This document shows positions 1 to 10,827 of a DNA stretch of 64,000 nt, piece by piece. The stretch covers positions 3,584,001-3,648,000 of the forward strand of contig OZ001293.3 of assembly GCA_963921275.4 (NCBI GenBank). The letters run 5' to 3'. The number at the start of each line of letters is the position of its first letter. Position 1 is the stretch's first letter. The translations under genes and the position numbers were made by a program. Below the pieces are notes generated by a model, which was given only the letters and a program-made list of their open reading frames with translations, was not told where the DNA came from and did no database searches. Source of the stretch: an uncultured Hormoscilla sp. GTDB taxonomy: Bacteria; Cyanobacteriota; Cyanobacteriia; Cyanobacteriales; Desertifilaceae.

Positions 1-425
1 GGTATAGGTATCAATAAGCTAATATAATATACGTGTTTATGCTAGATTTAATTGCTAGTGGCGCAAAACCTACACAAATCTCACAAGTAGACTTACTTGA
101 GAGCGGCAAATCCGGTATATTACTTGCTTTTTGCGAGTTGGTGTACTAAGCTAGAAAAAGCAGTGGATGGCTAGCCCTGGCTGCTAACTATAAGCGCTCG
201 CAGGCGTAGCCGTGTAGCGTGTTACGCCTTGAGCTTTGCACGAGCTTTGCCTGAGCGCGTTGAAAAATGCGCTCTGTTATACTTGCACGGATCTGCTTGT
301 TGGATTTGTGAGGGTTAAACGCAGCACATTTGACTCGATCCTAATCAGAACTGAATAACCGGGTTGATGTAAAGTACCAAACCCGGTTTTTTTGTTGATA
401 CTGGATTGATGGGGATATAATTATG

Positions 426-479
426 GTTCGTAGTAAGGACTTTAGTCCTTCGGCGAGCACTAAAGTGCTCACTACGAAC
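426..479. repeat. REP-like palindromic repeat
   Basis: GTTCGTAGT...ACTACGAAC inverted ends enclosing two small hairpins. Confidence 0.6.
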
Positions 480-504
480 TTTGTAGTAGATCGTTGAAGT
501 ACAA

Positions 505-2469
505 ATGAATGCATCCATCAAGTCTCATGCCCATCGACTCACAGATAAAGAACGTGCCTGTCTGGCAAAGATGGTAGATTACTCCTCATTACAGTCTATA
601 CCGGAAATCTGGCCCCTGGCCGCAGAGAAATTCGGGGATGCGATCGCCCTCTGGGACCCCCACGCCCAACCAGCAGTGCAGCTAACCTATAGAGAGTTAA
701 ACTCCCAGATCCAGCAGTTCGCCTCCGGGTTGCAAGCTTTGGGAGTAAAACCGGGCTCACGCATTTCTCTGATAGCAGATAATAGTCCCCGCTGGTTCAT
801 TGCCGACCAGGGGATGATGAGGGCGGGGGCTGCGAACGCAGTGCGGAGTTCTCTATCAGATCCCTCCGAACTGCTATACATCATCGAAAATAGCGAGTCA
901 ACAGCTATAGTAGTAGAAAATCTGGCAACGCTGGAAAAACTACGTACTGGCATGGACGATCTACCCATTGAGTCCGTCCTCTTGCTGAGTGATGAAGCAC
1001 CCCCCTCCAGTGAGGCGTTGCCAGTGCGGAACTTTTCCCAACTGATGGAGATAGGTCTCCAGCAGCAGCCCCAAGCAGTCAGCCAAAACCACCAGACCCT
1101 GGCAACTCTGATCTATACATCTGGCACTACTGGGAAACCCAAAGGGGCAATGCTATCTCATGGTAACTTGCTGCATCAGGTGACAAATCTGGGAGTAGCA
1201 GTGCAACCACAACTGGGAGCTCGGGTTCTCAGCATCCTACCATCCTGGCATGTCTACGAACGCACTGCCGAATATTTTTTTCTCTCCCAAGGTGCCACCC
1301 AGATATACACCAACCGCCGCCAGTTCAAGAATGACCTGAAAAAGTACATGCCCGTCTATATGGCGGGAGTCCCCCGGTTGTGGGAATCGATCTATGAAGG
1401 GATCCAAAAGCAGTTCCGAGAGCAACCGGCCAGTAAACAAAAGCTGGTCAACAACTTACTCAACATCTCTGGCCGCTACATCGCTGCCCGTCGGCTTGTC
1501 CAGGGGTTAGACCTGAATAATCTGACTCCCGGACTGCCTCAACGTCTGCTAGCACTGGTGGAAACAGCGGCTCTGTTTCCACTGCATGCCCTAGCAGACC
1601 GGCTAGTCTATCAGAAAGTGCGTGCAGGCATAGGTGATTTATTCCAGGTGCTCAGTGGCGGTGGTTCCCTGGCAATGCACCTGGATAACTTCTTTGAAAT
1701 TATTGGTGTGGAGATTCTGGTAGGCTATGGCTTAACGGAAACGTCACCGGTGCTGACCGCAAGGCGCAGTTGGGACAACCTGCGCGGTTCAGCGGGACAA
1801 CCCATACCCGGTACAGCAATTATGATTGCCGACCCCGATACTGGCCAACCCCTGCCACCGGGGGTGAGGGGCTTAGTCCTAGCCCGAGGACCGCAGTTAA
1901 TGCAGGGATATTATCAAAATCCCCAAGCCACTGCCAAGGCCATTAACTCCGCAGGCTGGTTTGATACCGGTGACTTGGGCTGGCTGACGCCCCAAAATCA
2001 CCTCGTGCTGACTGGTCGGGCTAAAGATACGATCGTACTCACTAATGGGGAAAATATCGAGCCCCAGCCAATCGAAGACGCCTGCGCCCGCAGTCCCTAT
2101 ATTGACCAAATTATGCTAGTAGGGCAAGATCGGAAATTTCTGGGGGCCTTAATTGTCCCCAACGCCGAAGCCCTGGCAGCATGGGCAAAGCAGCGTTCCC
2201 AGGCAGAGCCGTGGGAACGAGGGGTGGGTGCTATTGACATGGAGAGCAAAGCAGTAGAAGATTTAATTCGGCAAGAGTTGGCCAGGGAGGTGAAAAACCG
2301 CCCCGGTTACCGCCCGGACGATCGGATCGGTCCGTTCCGTCTGATTAGAGAGCCATTTTCCATAGAAAATGGCATGATGACCCAAACTCTGAAAATCAAA
2401 CGTCCCGTTGTCACAGAACGCTATCGCGATATAATTGACGGGATGTCGGCAGATCGGCTGAATGCTTAG
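505..2469 (+). CDS. aas: Long-chain fatty acyl-ACP/CoA synthetase (AMP-binding)
   Basis: YTSGTTGKPKG and GYGLTETSP adenylation motifs, GWFDTGDLG; adjacent to a YlqD gene as is usual in cyanobacteria. Confidence 0.9.
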   Translation: MNASIKSHAHRLTDKERACLAKMVDYSSLQSIPEIWPLAAEKFGDAIALWDPHAQPAVQLTYRELNSQIQQFASGLQALGVKPGSRISLIADNSPRWFIADQGMMRAGAANAVRSSLSDPSELLYIIENSESTAIVVENLATLEKLRTGMDDLPIESVLLLSDEAPPSSEALPVRNFSQLMEIGLQQQPQAVSQNHQTLATLIYTSGTTGKPKGAMLSHGNLLHQVTNLGVAVQPQLGARVLSILPSWHVYERTAEYFFLSQGATQIYTNRRQFKNDLKKYMPVYMAGVPRLWESIYEGIQKQFREQPASKQKLVNNLLNISGRYIAARRLVQGLDLNNLTPGLPQRLLALVETAALFPLHALADRLVYQKVRAGIGDLFQVLSGGGSLAMHLDNFFEIIGVEILVGYGLTETSPVLTARRSWDNLRGSAGQPIPGTAIMIADPDTGQPLPPGVRGLVLARGPQLMQGYYQNPQATAKAINSAGWFDTGDLGWLTPQNHLVLTGRAKDTIVLTNGENIEPQPIEDACARSPYIDQIMLVGQDRKFLGALIVPNAEALAAWAKQRSQAEPWERGVGAIDMESKAVEDLIRQELAREVKNRPGYRPDDRIGPFRLIREPFSIENGMMTQTLKIKRPVVTERYRDIIDGMSADRLNA

Positions 2470-2512
2470 AGAATAATGACAAAATTAGCAAAGTCAAATT
2501 GAATCACAAAGT

Positions 2513-2962
2513 ATGGAAGATTTCAAAACAAGTCTGATGCTGAAGCGCCCCGTGCAAGTCAAGGCGATCGTCACTCCCCGCTGGAAGGAGGAAGTGCAAC
2601 AGCAACTGCAGAATCAAATAAACCAGATTGATAACCAACTGCAACAGCTGGAAATGCAAGGACAGCAGGCGATCGAGCAAGTTCAGCAGCAAAACTTCCA
2701 ACCTCTGAGTGCTCAAGCGAACCAACAAATTCAAAACATTCAAGGGCAGGTGAATCAAAATAAAAATCAACTGCTACAGCAGAAAAACAAAAGTCTGCAA
2801 CAGCTAAATCAATTGCAGACGCTGGAGTTGGAACAGGAGGTATCTCAAGGTCAAATCGACAGCTTCTTTGAAATCGAGAAAGGACAAAACATAATCGAAA
2901 AAATGCGAGTAGAAATAGTCCTGCGTGATGGTATCGTGGAAGAAATTCGCGGCGAACTATAG
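2513..2962 (+). CDS. YlqD family coiled-coil protein
   Basis: KRPVQVKAIVT N-terminus, Gln-rich coiled coil, EIVLRDGIVEEIR C-terminus. Confidence 0.85.
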   Translation: MEDFKTSLMLKRPVQVKAIVTPRWKEEVQQQLQNQINQIDNQLQQLEMQGQQAIEQVQQQNFQPLSAQANQQIQNIQGQVNQNKNQLLQQKNKSLQQLNQLQTLELEQEVSQGQIDSFFEIEKGQNIIEKMRVEIVLRDGIVEEIRGEL

Positions 2963-3223
2963 TTTCAGCTCACGGCGAGCAGTCCTGAAGCAGTCCTGAC
3001 AGCCGTGAGCTATTAGCATCAGCGCTGTATTTAGAGAAAAGTAAGCAATTATTGCATTATTTATGCAAAATTATTGCATTGCTAAACCCATTAAGTACAA
3101 GGCTTTCAGCTTTTATATTATGCAATTTAATGGGGGACAGCTTAAATAGTAATCGTACATAAGCAGTGAGCAGTTATCAGCGAACAATGACAACTAACAA
3201 CCAACAACTAACAACAGCAGCTT

Positions 3224-4483
3224 ATGATTTATGAAGTATTTATGCCAGCCCTCAGCTCCACGATGACAGAAGGGAAGATTGTTTCCTGGGTAAAATCGGC
3301 AGGGGACAAGATAGAAAAAGGGGAAACGGTGGTAATAGTAGAGTCGGATAAGGCCGATATGGATGTGGAGTCCTTTTATGAGGGCTATCTGGCTACGATC
3401 GTTGTAGAAGCGGGTGGAGTAGCTCCGGTGGGAGAGGTGATCGCCCTAATAGCAGAAACGGAAGCGGAAATAGAAACGGCGCTACAGCAGGCGTCTAGTA
3501 AAGAATCTACTCCCCAAGCAATTGCTGCTACCTCGGTTACCGCTAGTCCCCAGACAGCAGCAGCGCCATTAGCGCCAACAGTTAGTCGCTCAAATGGCAG
3601 GGCGATCGTCTCTCCTCGAGCCCGGAAGCTAGCGAAGGAACTAAAAGTAGACTTGAGGACCCTCCAGGGTAGCGGTCCCCACGGGCGCATTGTCGCAGAG
3701 GACGTGCAAGCAGCAGCAGGAACTATCAAACCCTCCCCCCCAGCAGTGAGTGTTACCCCCACAGCTAAAGTTGCACCCGTACCAACAAAGGCGATCCCTC
3801 TAGCAACTCCCGGAGAGGTAGTACCCTTAAACACGCTGCAAAATGCCGTGCTGCGGAATATGATGGCGAGTTTGGAGGTGCCTACCTATCGAGTGGGTTA
3901 CACCATTACGACTGATAATTTGGACAAACTCTACAAGCAGATTAAGTCCAAGGGGGTGACGATGTCAGCGCTGCTAGGGAAAGCGGTAGCAGTCACCTTG
4001 CAGAAACATCCGGAGATCAATGCTCGCTATACAGACCAAGGGATTCAATATAATAGTGCGATTAACATTGCGGTAGCTGTAGCGATGCCCGATGGGGGTT
4101 TGATTACTCCCGTACTGCAAAATGCCGATGCGGTAGATATCTATTCCTTGTCTCGCAGTTGGAAGGGTTTGGTGGAACGGGCTAGGGCGAAGCAGTTGCA
4201 ACCAGAGGAGTACAATAGTGGCACCTTTACCCTATCTAATTTGGGCATGTTTGGGGTAGACCGATTTGATGCGATTTTACCACCCGATCAGGGGGCAATT
4301 CTGGCGATCGGAGCTTCCCGTGCGCAAGTAGTAGCCACGGAAGAGGGGTTAATAGGAGTGCGGCGACAGATGCAGGTGAACATGACTAGCGACCACCGAA
4401 TTATCTATGGTGCGCAGGCGGCGGCTTTCCTGCAAGATTTAGCGAAGTTGATGGAAACAGATCCACAATCCCTGACATTGTAG
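3224..4483 (+). CDS. pdhC: Pyruvate dehydrogenase E2 dihydrolipoamide acetyltransferase
   Basis: Lipoyl motif VESDKADMDVE, E3-binding GSGPHGRI, catalytic DHRIIYGA. Confidence 0.95.
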   Translation: MIYEVFMPALSSTMTEGKIVSWVKSAGDKIEKGETVVIVESDKADMDVESFYEGYLATIVVEAGGVAPVGEVIALIAETEAEIETALQQASSKESTPQAIAATSVTASPQTAAAPLAPTVSRSNGRAIVSPRARKLAKELKVDLRTLQGSGPHGRIVAEDVQAAAGTIKPSPPAVSVTPTAKVAPVPTKAIPLATPGEVVPLNTLQNAVLRNMMASLEVPTYRVGYTITTDNLDKLYKQIKSKGVTMSALLGKAVAVTLQKHPEINARYTDQGIQYNSAINIAVAVAMPDGGLITPVLQNADAVDIYSLSRSWKGLVERARAKQLQPEEYNSGTFTLSNLGMFGVDRFDAILPPDQGAILAIGASRAQVVATEEGLIGVRRQMQVNMTSDHRIIYGAQAAAFLQDLAKLMETDPQSLTL

Positions 4484-4761
4484 ATGCTTGATGGTTGATT
4501 GCCACCAGCAATCAACCATGTCACGGTAGTGGTAAAGATGTAATAATTTGGCTACGGCAAATCGAGGGATCTGGCCTCTAAAATCATTACTTGTTTATCA
4601 CCACCCATGTCACGTCCAGAAATCCGGTTTTTACCGAAAACTGGGTTTATTATTCAAGCAGATCGAGATCCCGACCTCCACTGGCCAGCAGAAAAGAGTG
4701 AACTATCCTGATTCCGCTACTCGCCCTGAGCAATGTGTATTCTAGAAGTAGTAGCCAATAG

Positions 4762-5151
4762 GTGATTGAGATGAAAGCTTTGCAAGTTGTTGGCATAGCA
4801 GGCGGTGCGGCTTTAATTGGACTGGGGGCGGCGATGGCGATGAATAATCCTGGCCGGACTGCCTATGAGGAGTTTGCAACTCAGCAGTTGTCGGCCTATG
4901 TGCAAGAAAATGTTTGTACCCAGGGAGAAGCATCCTTTGGGGAAATTTTACAGGCTCCATGCAAAAAACTGGTGAAGTCCCTACAGTCGCAGTTACATAC
5001 AATTATCGCTGAAAATACTGAGCGGAATAATTGGGGGTTGTTCAGCATCTATAAAACCGAATTGTACCTGGCAGATTTCTGGCCTAGCTATGAGTTTGGC
5101 ACTGTAGGAGTTTTGGGAAATTTATATATCTACAAGACCGAGGAAAAGTAA
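4762..5151 (+). CDS. DUF4359-like small membrane-anchored protein
   Basis: N-terminal TM helix, NP..AYEEFA motif, two Cys, FSIYKT. Confidence 0.65.
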   Translation: MIEMKALQVVGIAGGAALIGLGAAMAMNNPGRTAYEEFATQQLSAYVQENVCTQGEASFGEILQAPCKKLVKSLQSQLHTIIAENTERNNWGLFSIYKTELYLADFWPSYEFGTVGVLGNLYIYKTEEK

Positions 5152-5173
5152 ATAGCTGTGGCAGACATACCCC

Positions 5174-5206
5174 AGAAACCCGGTTTTTCCAAAAAACCGG
5201 GTTTCT
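5174..5206. repeat. AGAAACCCGGTTT palindromic repeat, possible terminator
   Basis: Inverted repeat; related copies near 358-390 and 4618-4650. Confidence 0.55.
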
Positions 5207-5513
5207 TAATTTAAGCCGATCGAACTCCCGTGATATACTGCGGAACGACGCCGTGCCTCCTGGGAGCTTGATGTCTCCCGGGAGCGCTAGCGCACTACCC
5301 GAGAGACATCATACTCGCACTACCCAGGAGACACGGCAGCCTCCTCTAGCAGTGGTTCATCGCCATGACTATCTGTGTAAATCCGGAATGCCTTAGCCCC
5401 CAAAACTCCCAAACTAGCAGAATTTGTGCCAGTTGTGGATCGCCCCTATTGCTCAAGGAACGGTATCGGCCTATACAAAAGTGGCATGTAGGTGGGCGTG
5501 GCGGGATTATTTA

Positions 5514-6525
5514 ACCTAAGTTGCGACCTATTAAAAAAAATATGAATTACCCACTTAGACTTTACAGATATTTGGGATATTTCGTAGCTTTTGATACAAA
5601 ATTATATTTTTTTTGTGCTAGACGGCGGGTTGGCTGTTTATAGGTTATAATGTACTAAAATAATAGTTAATTGCTGGGGGATGTAGATGATGGAAGATAT
5701 GATTACAACAATTTTTGTTCTTTGTGACGAGCTACTAAAAGCGTTAAATATAAAAGAAGATCCACAAGTAAAAATGAACAATGCCGAAGTGATGACAGTC
5801 GGATTAGTTGCTGCATATTTTTTCGGAGGACACCACGATCGCTCTTGTCAATTTATGGTCCAACACAAGTATATAAAAAATCTGTTAAGTAAAAGTAGGT
5901 TCAATCGTCGATTACACAATATTGAGGAACCAATTTGGATGTTTTTCTTCCAAGTTATAGCTCAAACATTTAAAGAGCTCAATCCGGGTCAAGAATATAT
6001 TCTTGATAGTTTCCCGGTGCCAGTATGTGATAATATTAGGATTGATAGATGCCAAATTTATAACAAGGAAGAATATCGAGGGTATATTGCCAGTAAAAAA
6101 CGTTATTTTTATGGATTAAGAGTTCATATGTTGGTAAACAAAAATGGAAAGCCAATAGAATTTTATCTAGATCCTGGTAGTTATAATGATTTTAAAGTTT
6201 TGCAATCTTTTGGCTTTGACTTACCATCAAATTCAATAGTTTATGGAGATAAAGCTTATAATGATTATCAATTAGAGGATTTACTAAAAGAGTCGTCAAG
6301 TATAATGTTAAAACCTTTGCGAAAAAAGAACTCAAAAAGAAAAGAATCTTCTTGTTTTGAATATATACAAAAAGTAACAAGAAAACAAGTTGAAACCTGT
6401 TTTAGTCGAATCACCAATTTGTTTCCCAAGTCAATTCATGCTGTTACATCTAAGGGATTAGAGTTGAAAATAATTCTCTTTATAATAGCTTTTTGTATCC
6501 AATTTTTATAGGTCGCAACTTGAGT
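5514..6525 (+). mobile_element. IS982-family insertion sequence
   Basis: TIRs ACCTAAGTTGCGACCTAT / ATAGGTCGCAACTTGAGT, 6-bp TSD TATTTA, AT-rich. Confidence 0.9.
5687..6511 (+). CDS. IS982-family DDE transposase
   Basis: LDSFPVPVC, YFYGLRVH, YGDKAY, RKQVETCFS motifs. Confidence 0.9.
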   Translation: MMEDMITTIFVLCDELLKALNIKEDPQVKMNNAEVMTVGLVAAYFFGGHHDRSCQFMVQHKYIKNLLSKSRFNRRLHNIEEPIWMFFFQVIAQTFKELNPGQEYILDSFPVPVCDNIRIDRCQIYNKEEYRGYIASKKRYFYGLRVHMLVNKNGKPIEFYLDPGSYNDFKVLQSFGFDLPSNSIVYGDKAYNDYQLEDLLKESSSIMLKPLRKKNSKRKESSCFEYIQKVTRKQVETCFSRITNLFPKSIHAVTSKGLELKIILFIIAFCIQFL

Positions 6526-7510
6526 TATTTACTGCCAGAAAACCAAGTCAGCGATGCCCTGGGTCGCATCCTGGATAAGTTATTACAAGATTCCCTCACA
6601 AAGCGCTATTAAACTGCTTCAGAAGTTTTAGAAGTGCTGAGGCCACCACAAGCAATAGGGAAACCTGCCCCAAAAGCAATCCGCAAAGTCTCCCAGAGAC
6701 CGCCTCAACCGGTGTCCCCTAATCACCTGCTAACGACAGTTACCTATGTCAAAAACTTGCTGAAACCTCTAGAAAATGAGGTTTTACCTTCCTCGTCCGG
6801 GCTTGATTACAGTAGGTTAGCTTCATTACTGGCATGGAAGCGATGGCAAGCTGCCGATCTGGAAACCTGGACAATGCTGTCTCAGGCGTCAGGTAAGGGA
6901 CTGAGGGGCTATCTCTTGGCCGGAGATATTCAGAAGATCCCCTGCGATGATTTGCAGGCGATCTACCAGTTGTGGGTGAAGTCCAGCGGCGGGCGCTTTG
7001 GCTTCACCGTGCAAGCACGGATTTATGGAGAGGTGGGTGAGGACTACGTGAGTTTTTGCGATCGGGTGGGATGGCCGGTCCACCAACCTCATAACTCTAA
7101 CAGGGGGCTGCGATTTAACTTGCGCACGCCCGCAGGACATCTGCCCTCACGAGTTTGGGTGGGGGGCGTGAAACAGTGGAATCATGTCCAGGCGATGGTA
7201 GCCAAATTGACAAAATGTGGGATTGTCCTAATCCCGATGGGTAAATCTCCCCATTTTCAATATTTTCATTCTAGAAATTAATTTCAGTTGTCGCCCCGAT
7301 CGGGGCGTCAGAATAGCGGTATTTCATGCCCCGATCGCCTGCCTGGGGAAAAGTTCGCAGTTTATTGCTATTAATTCCTAGTTTACCAAAAAATAGGGTT
7401 GACGTATCGGGAAAGAAAGTATTAAGTTGAAGAAGCAAGGGATTGAGACCCGTTCCCAGGCAGAGCCGTGGGAACGAGGGGTCGGTCCGACAGCAAGAGA
7501 GGAGAACACC

Positions 7511-8059
7511 ATGCCAGAAACTCAAACCATAATCGGCGCTTTCGATCGGGTGGGTGACAATCCGGTGTTACTGGATAAATCAGTGACAGTGCCCGTCTGT
7601 GAAGGATTAAACGTAGCCCTGTCGAGTTTTCAAGCGCTTTACCTGCAATATCAAAAACATCATTTTGTAGTAGATGGTGCCGAATTCTACTCGCTGCACG
7701 AGTTCTTTAATGAAAGCTATGAAGAAGTACTCGAACATGTCCACGATCTAGCAGAACGATTGAATGGACTGGGGGGCACGCCAGCAGCAAGCTTTAGCAA
7801 GTTAGCGGAATTATGTTGCTTTGAACCAGAAGCAGATGGCATCTATAGCTGCCGCGCGATGGTGGAACATGACCTGCAAGCAGAACAAGCGATTATCCAA
7901 ATGATTCGGCGGATGGCAGCACAGGCGGAAAGTCTGGGCGATCGGGCGACTCGTTACATGTATGAAAAAATCCTGATGGAGACCGAAGATCGGGCATTTC
8001 ATCTGGATAACTTCCTGGCCTCGGATAGCCTAACATTGGGCTTTGTGCAAGCAAAGTGA
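7511..8059 (+). CDS. dps: Dps family DNA-protection ferritin-like protein
   Basis: [19 protein letters not shown] and DLAERL motifs; GAGGAG RBS before ATG 7511. Confidence 0.9.
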   Translation: MPETQTIIGAFDRVGDNPVLLDKSVTVPVCEGLNVALSSFQALYLQYQKHHFVVDGAEFYSLHEFFNESYEEVLEHVHDLAERLNGLGGTPAASFSKLAELCCFEPEADGIYSCRAMVEHDLQAEQAIIQMIRRMAAQAESLGDRATRYMYEKILMETEDRAFHLDNFLASDSLTLGFVQAK

Positions 8060-8073
8060 GACCCATACCCCTC

Positions 8074-8124
8074 CCCCACCCTAAAGGGTGGGGCTACAGG
8101 AACGAAGCCCGCCTGCGCGGGCTT
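8074..8124. repeat. 51-bp double-hairpin dispersed repeat
   Basis: Identical to 39599-39649. Confidence 0.85.
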
Positions 8125-8217
8125 GAGAAAAATAGATGCTAGGAAAAATATATAATTAATTAAGAAAAAAGTTGAGGGCAGATGGGTAAGATAAATAAAA
8201 GCTTAAAATAGTAGGAA

Positions 8218-8922
8218 TTGAAAGTTAGATCGGCTTATATATTAGTATCTCACGGTAGTCGAGATCGGCGTCCCCAGCTGGCTATGGCAAAACTAGGTCA
8301 GCTACTATCGGATAAACTGGGTGTAGAGGTGGGTACGGCGACCTTAGAACTGGGGCCGCTGCCTTTGCACGCCCAAATTTGTGAATTGGCCAACAGGGCG
8401 ATCGCAGTTGGGTGCAAGCAGCTAAAGCTGTTGCCCCTGTTTCTGTTACCGGGAGTTCACGTCATGGAAGATATTCCCGCAGCAGTGGCGCTGGCCCAGC
8501 AAGCTTTGGGTAACCGAATGGCGATCGAGATCCGCCCCTACTTGGGAAGTCATGGGGGACTAGAACAGTTGCTAGCAACCCAGCAGCAGGAATTACTGGC
8601 AGATGCCTGGATTCTACTGTCTCACGGTAGTCGCTGCGTGGGTGGCAATCAACCTGTTCTTGAGATGGCAAGCAAGTTGTCCGCAATGGCTGCTTACTGG
8701 TCGCCTCAGCCCACTCTAGAGTCGAGCATAGCAGAATTAGCCGCAGCTGGGGCAGCATCGATTGGGATTTTGCCTTACTTTTTGTTTGCTGGAGGGATTA
8801 CAGAGGCGATCGCCTGGCGGGTGAGACAACTGCTTTTTGAGTTTCCGACAGTGCAACTAAAGCTGGGCAAACCGATAGAGGCCAGTGTAGAATTAGCAGA
8901 TTTGATTTTGGAACTAATCTAA
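8218..8922 (+). CDS. Sirohydrochlorin chelatase (CbiX/SirB family)
   Basis: Duplicated LVSHGSR motifs, PLFLLPGVHVMEDIP; coupled to cobA. Confidence 0.85.
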   Translation: MKVRSAYILVSHGSRDRRPQLAMAKLGQLLSDKLGVEVGTATLELGPLPLHAQICELANRAIAVGCKQLKLLPLFLLPGVHVMEDIPAAVALAQQALGNRMAIEIRPYLGSHGGLEQLLATQQQELLADAWILLSHGSRCVGGNQPVLEMASKLSAMAAYWSPQPTLESSIAELAAAGAASIGILPYFLFAGGITEAIAWRVRQLLFEFPTVQLKLGKPIEASVELADLILELI

Positions 8923-9662
8923 TGGTGGGTAAGGTCTATTTGGTGGGTGCTGGACCAGGGGACTCGGGATTAATGACTCTTAAGGGGAAGGGACTGCTGC
9001 AATGTGCGGATGTGGTGGTCTATGATGCCTTGGTTAGCGACTCGATCTTGGCAATGATTAATCCCGAGGCCGAAAAAATTCATGCGGGTAAGCGTCGGGG
9101 ACGACATTCTTTATTACAGTCCGAGACGACTCAGCTATTAATTGCCAAAGCGCAGAATCACGCGATCGTGGTGCGCCTGAAAGGGGGCGATCCCTTTATG
9201 TTTGGGCGGGGCGGGGAGGAGATGGAAGATTTAATTGCTGCTGGGGTGCCTGTGGAAGTGGTGCCCGGAGTGACTTCTGGCATTGCTGCCCCTGCTTATG
9301 CGGGCATTCCTCTGACCCATCGCCATTATAGTTCTTCGGTAACTTTTGTTACGGGTCACGAGGCTGCGGGCAAGTATCGACCAGAGGTGAATTGGCAGGC
9401 GATCTGCCAGGGTTCAGAAACGATTGTCATCTACATGGGGATTCACAATTTGGGGCAAATTGTTGGCTTACTGATGGCTGCTGGGTCGAGTGGGCAAACC
9501 CCGATCGCCTTAGTGCGCTGGGGGACTCGACCGGATCAAGAAGTGTTAATCGCTACTCTGGAGACTGTGATGGTGCGAGTCGAATCAACGGAATTTACTG
9601 CGCCCGCGATCGCCGTTATTGGTAATATCGTTAACCTGCATAGTATCCTATCAGGTGGCTAA
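8922..9662 (+). CDS. cobA: Uroporphyrinogen-III C-methyltransferase
   Basis: VYLVGAGPGD, RLKGGDPFMFGRGGEE. Confidence 0.95.
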   Translation: MVGKVYLVGAGPGDSGLMTLKGKGLLQCADVVVYDALVSDSILAMINPEAEKIHAGKRRGRHSLLQSETTQLLIAKAQNHAIVVRLKGGDPFMFGRGGEEMEDLIAAGVPVEVVPGVTSGIAAPAYAGIPLTHRHYSSSVTFVTGHEAAGKYRPEVNWQAICQGSETIVIYMGIHNLGQIVGLLMAAGSSGQTPIALVRWGTRPDQEVLIATLETVMVRVESTEFTAPAIAVIGNIVNLHSILSGG

Positions 9663-9708
9663 TTTAACCAAGTAAAAAGTAGTGGGCACTGCCCACCGGA
9701 GAAAAAGA

Positions 9709-10827
9709 ATGCTCAAACGAATCTATATCGACAATTTCCGATGTCTTGTCAATTTTGAACTGTCTGTTGACGGGATTAATTTGTTTCTCGGACCTAATGG
9801 GACTGGGAAGTCAGCTGTTTTCGACGTGCTGCGAAAAATCCAAGAATTTGTCCGAGGTAGGAAGGTAATGCATTATATTTTTAATGCCGATGATTGTACG
9901 CGCTGGCAGACATCTTCCATCAAACGCTTCGAGTTAGAAATTGAAGGGAATGGGGGAACTTACAAATATGAGCTTTTTCTGGAACACGAACAGGATCTCG
10001 AAAAAAAATATATTTTTGTTAAACAGGAACGGTTATTTTTTGATAACCAAATTTTGCTGAAAGTTGAGTATGGGGAAGTAGAATTGTACCATGAAGATAG
10101 CTCTGGATATATGTTGCAGCAGTTTTCCTTAAACATGACTCAGTCAGTGCTACCTTTAATAAGGCCTACAAAACGGACGATTAAAATGAATAGGTCCAAA
10201 GAAATAATCGCTCGTTTCATCATTGTTAAAATTCACCCAACCCTAATGTATAATGGGAGTTATGGTGATCCGCACTTAGATGCCAGGATGGAAAACTTCG
10301 TTTCTTGGTATCGCGACATGTCTCAGGATCAGAGCAAAATTATTCAACTGACGAATGAGTTAAAAGAAATTTTAGATGGCTTCGCGTATTTCAAATTTGC
10401 TGGGAGAGGTAGAAAAAAGCGAATCCTCAAGTTGTATTTTTCCAGAGAAGGCGATCGGGAAGAATACATTGAATATGACTTTGGGGAACTTTCTGATGGT
10501 CAGCGCGTACTAATCGCTCTCTACTCGCTAATCTACTGCATCCAGTCTGAGGATTATACCCTCTGCATTGACGAACCAGAAAACTTTTTGGCTTTACCAG
10601 AGATCCAACCTTGGTTGATGCAACTTTATGACTTTTGTAGCGAAGTAAAAACTCAAGCTTTACTGATCTCGCACCACCCTGAGTTGATTGATATGTTGGC
10701 ATCATCAGTAGGTTATTGGTTCGATCGCGAAAGTAACAGTCCCGTCCGCGTAAAACGAATTAAAGATGATAAAGAGACTGGACTTCCCATTTCCGAGTTG
10801 GTAGCGCGGGGGTGGCTCTATGACTAA
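9709..10827 (+). CDS. ABC-type (AAA_21/AAA_15-like) ATPase
   Basis: Walker A GPNGTGKS, LSDGQR signature, Walker B IDEPENFL, SHHP. Confidence 0.85.
   Translation: MLKRIYIDNFRCLVNFELSVDGINLFLGPNGTGKSAVFDVLRKIQEFVRGRKVMHYIFNADDCTRWQTSSIKRFELEIEGNGGTYKYELFLEHEQDLEKKYIFVKQERLFFDNQILLKVEYGEVELYHEDSSGYMLQQFSLNMTQSVLPLIRPTKRTIKMNRSKEIIARFIIVKIHPTLMYNGSYGDPHLDARMENFVSWYRDMSQDQSKIIQLTNELKEILDGFAYFKFAGRGRKKRILKLYFSREGDREEYIEYDFGELSDGQRVLIALYSLIYCIQSEDYTLCIDEPENFLALPEIQPWLMQLYDFCSEVKTQALLISHHPELIDMLASSVGYWFDRESNSPVRVKRIKDDKETGLPISELVARGWLYD

Larger units (their letters stand above)
5365..7281 (+). pseudogene. Ser/Thr kinase-GUN4 gene; catalytic core deleted, IS982 inserted, in-frame stop
   Basis: MTICVNPEC..CASCG..LLKERYR N-terminus at 5365; WAWRDY|LLPENQVSDALGRILDKLL across the IS; TAA at 6610-6612; GUN4 domain (LDYSRLASLL..WQAADLET, SGGRFGFTVQ, PAGHLP) in ORF 6634-7281. 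Confidence 0.8.

Noticed and set aside
7427..7510. N-terminal extension of Dps
   Set aside because: Derived from a repeat; a good RBS precedes ATG 7511
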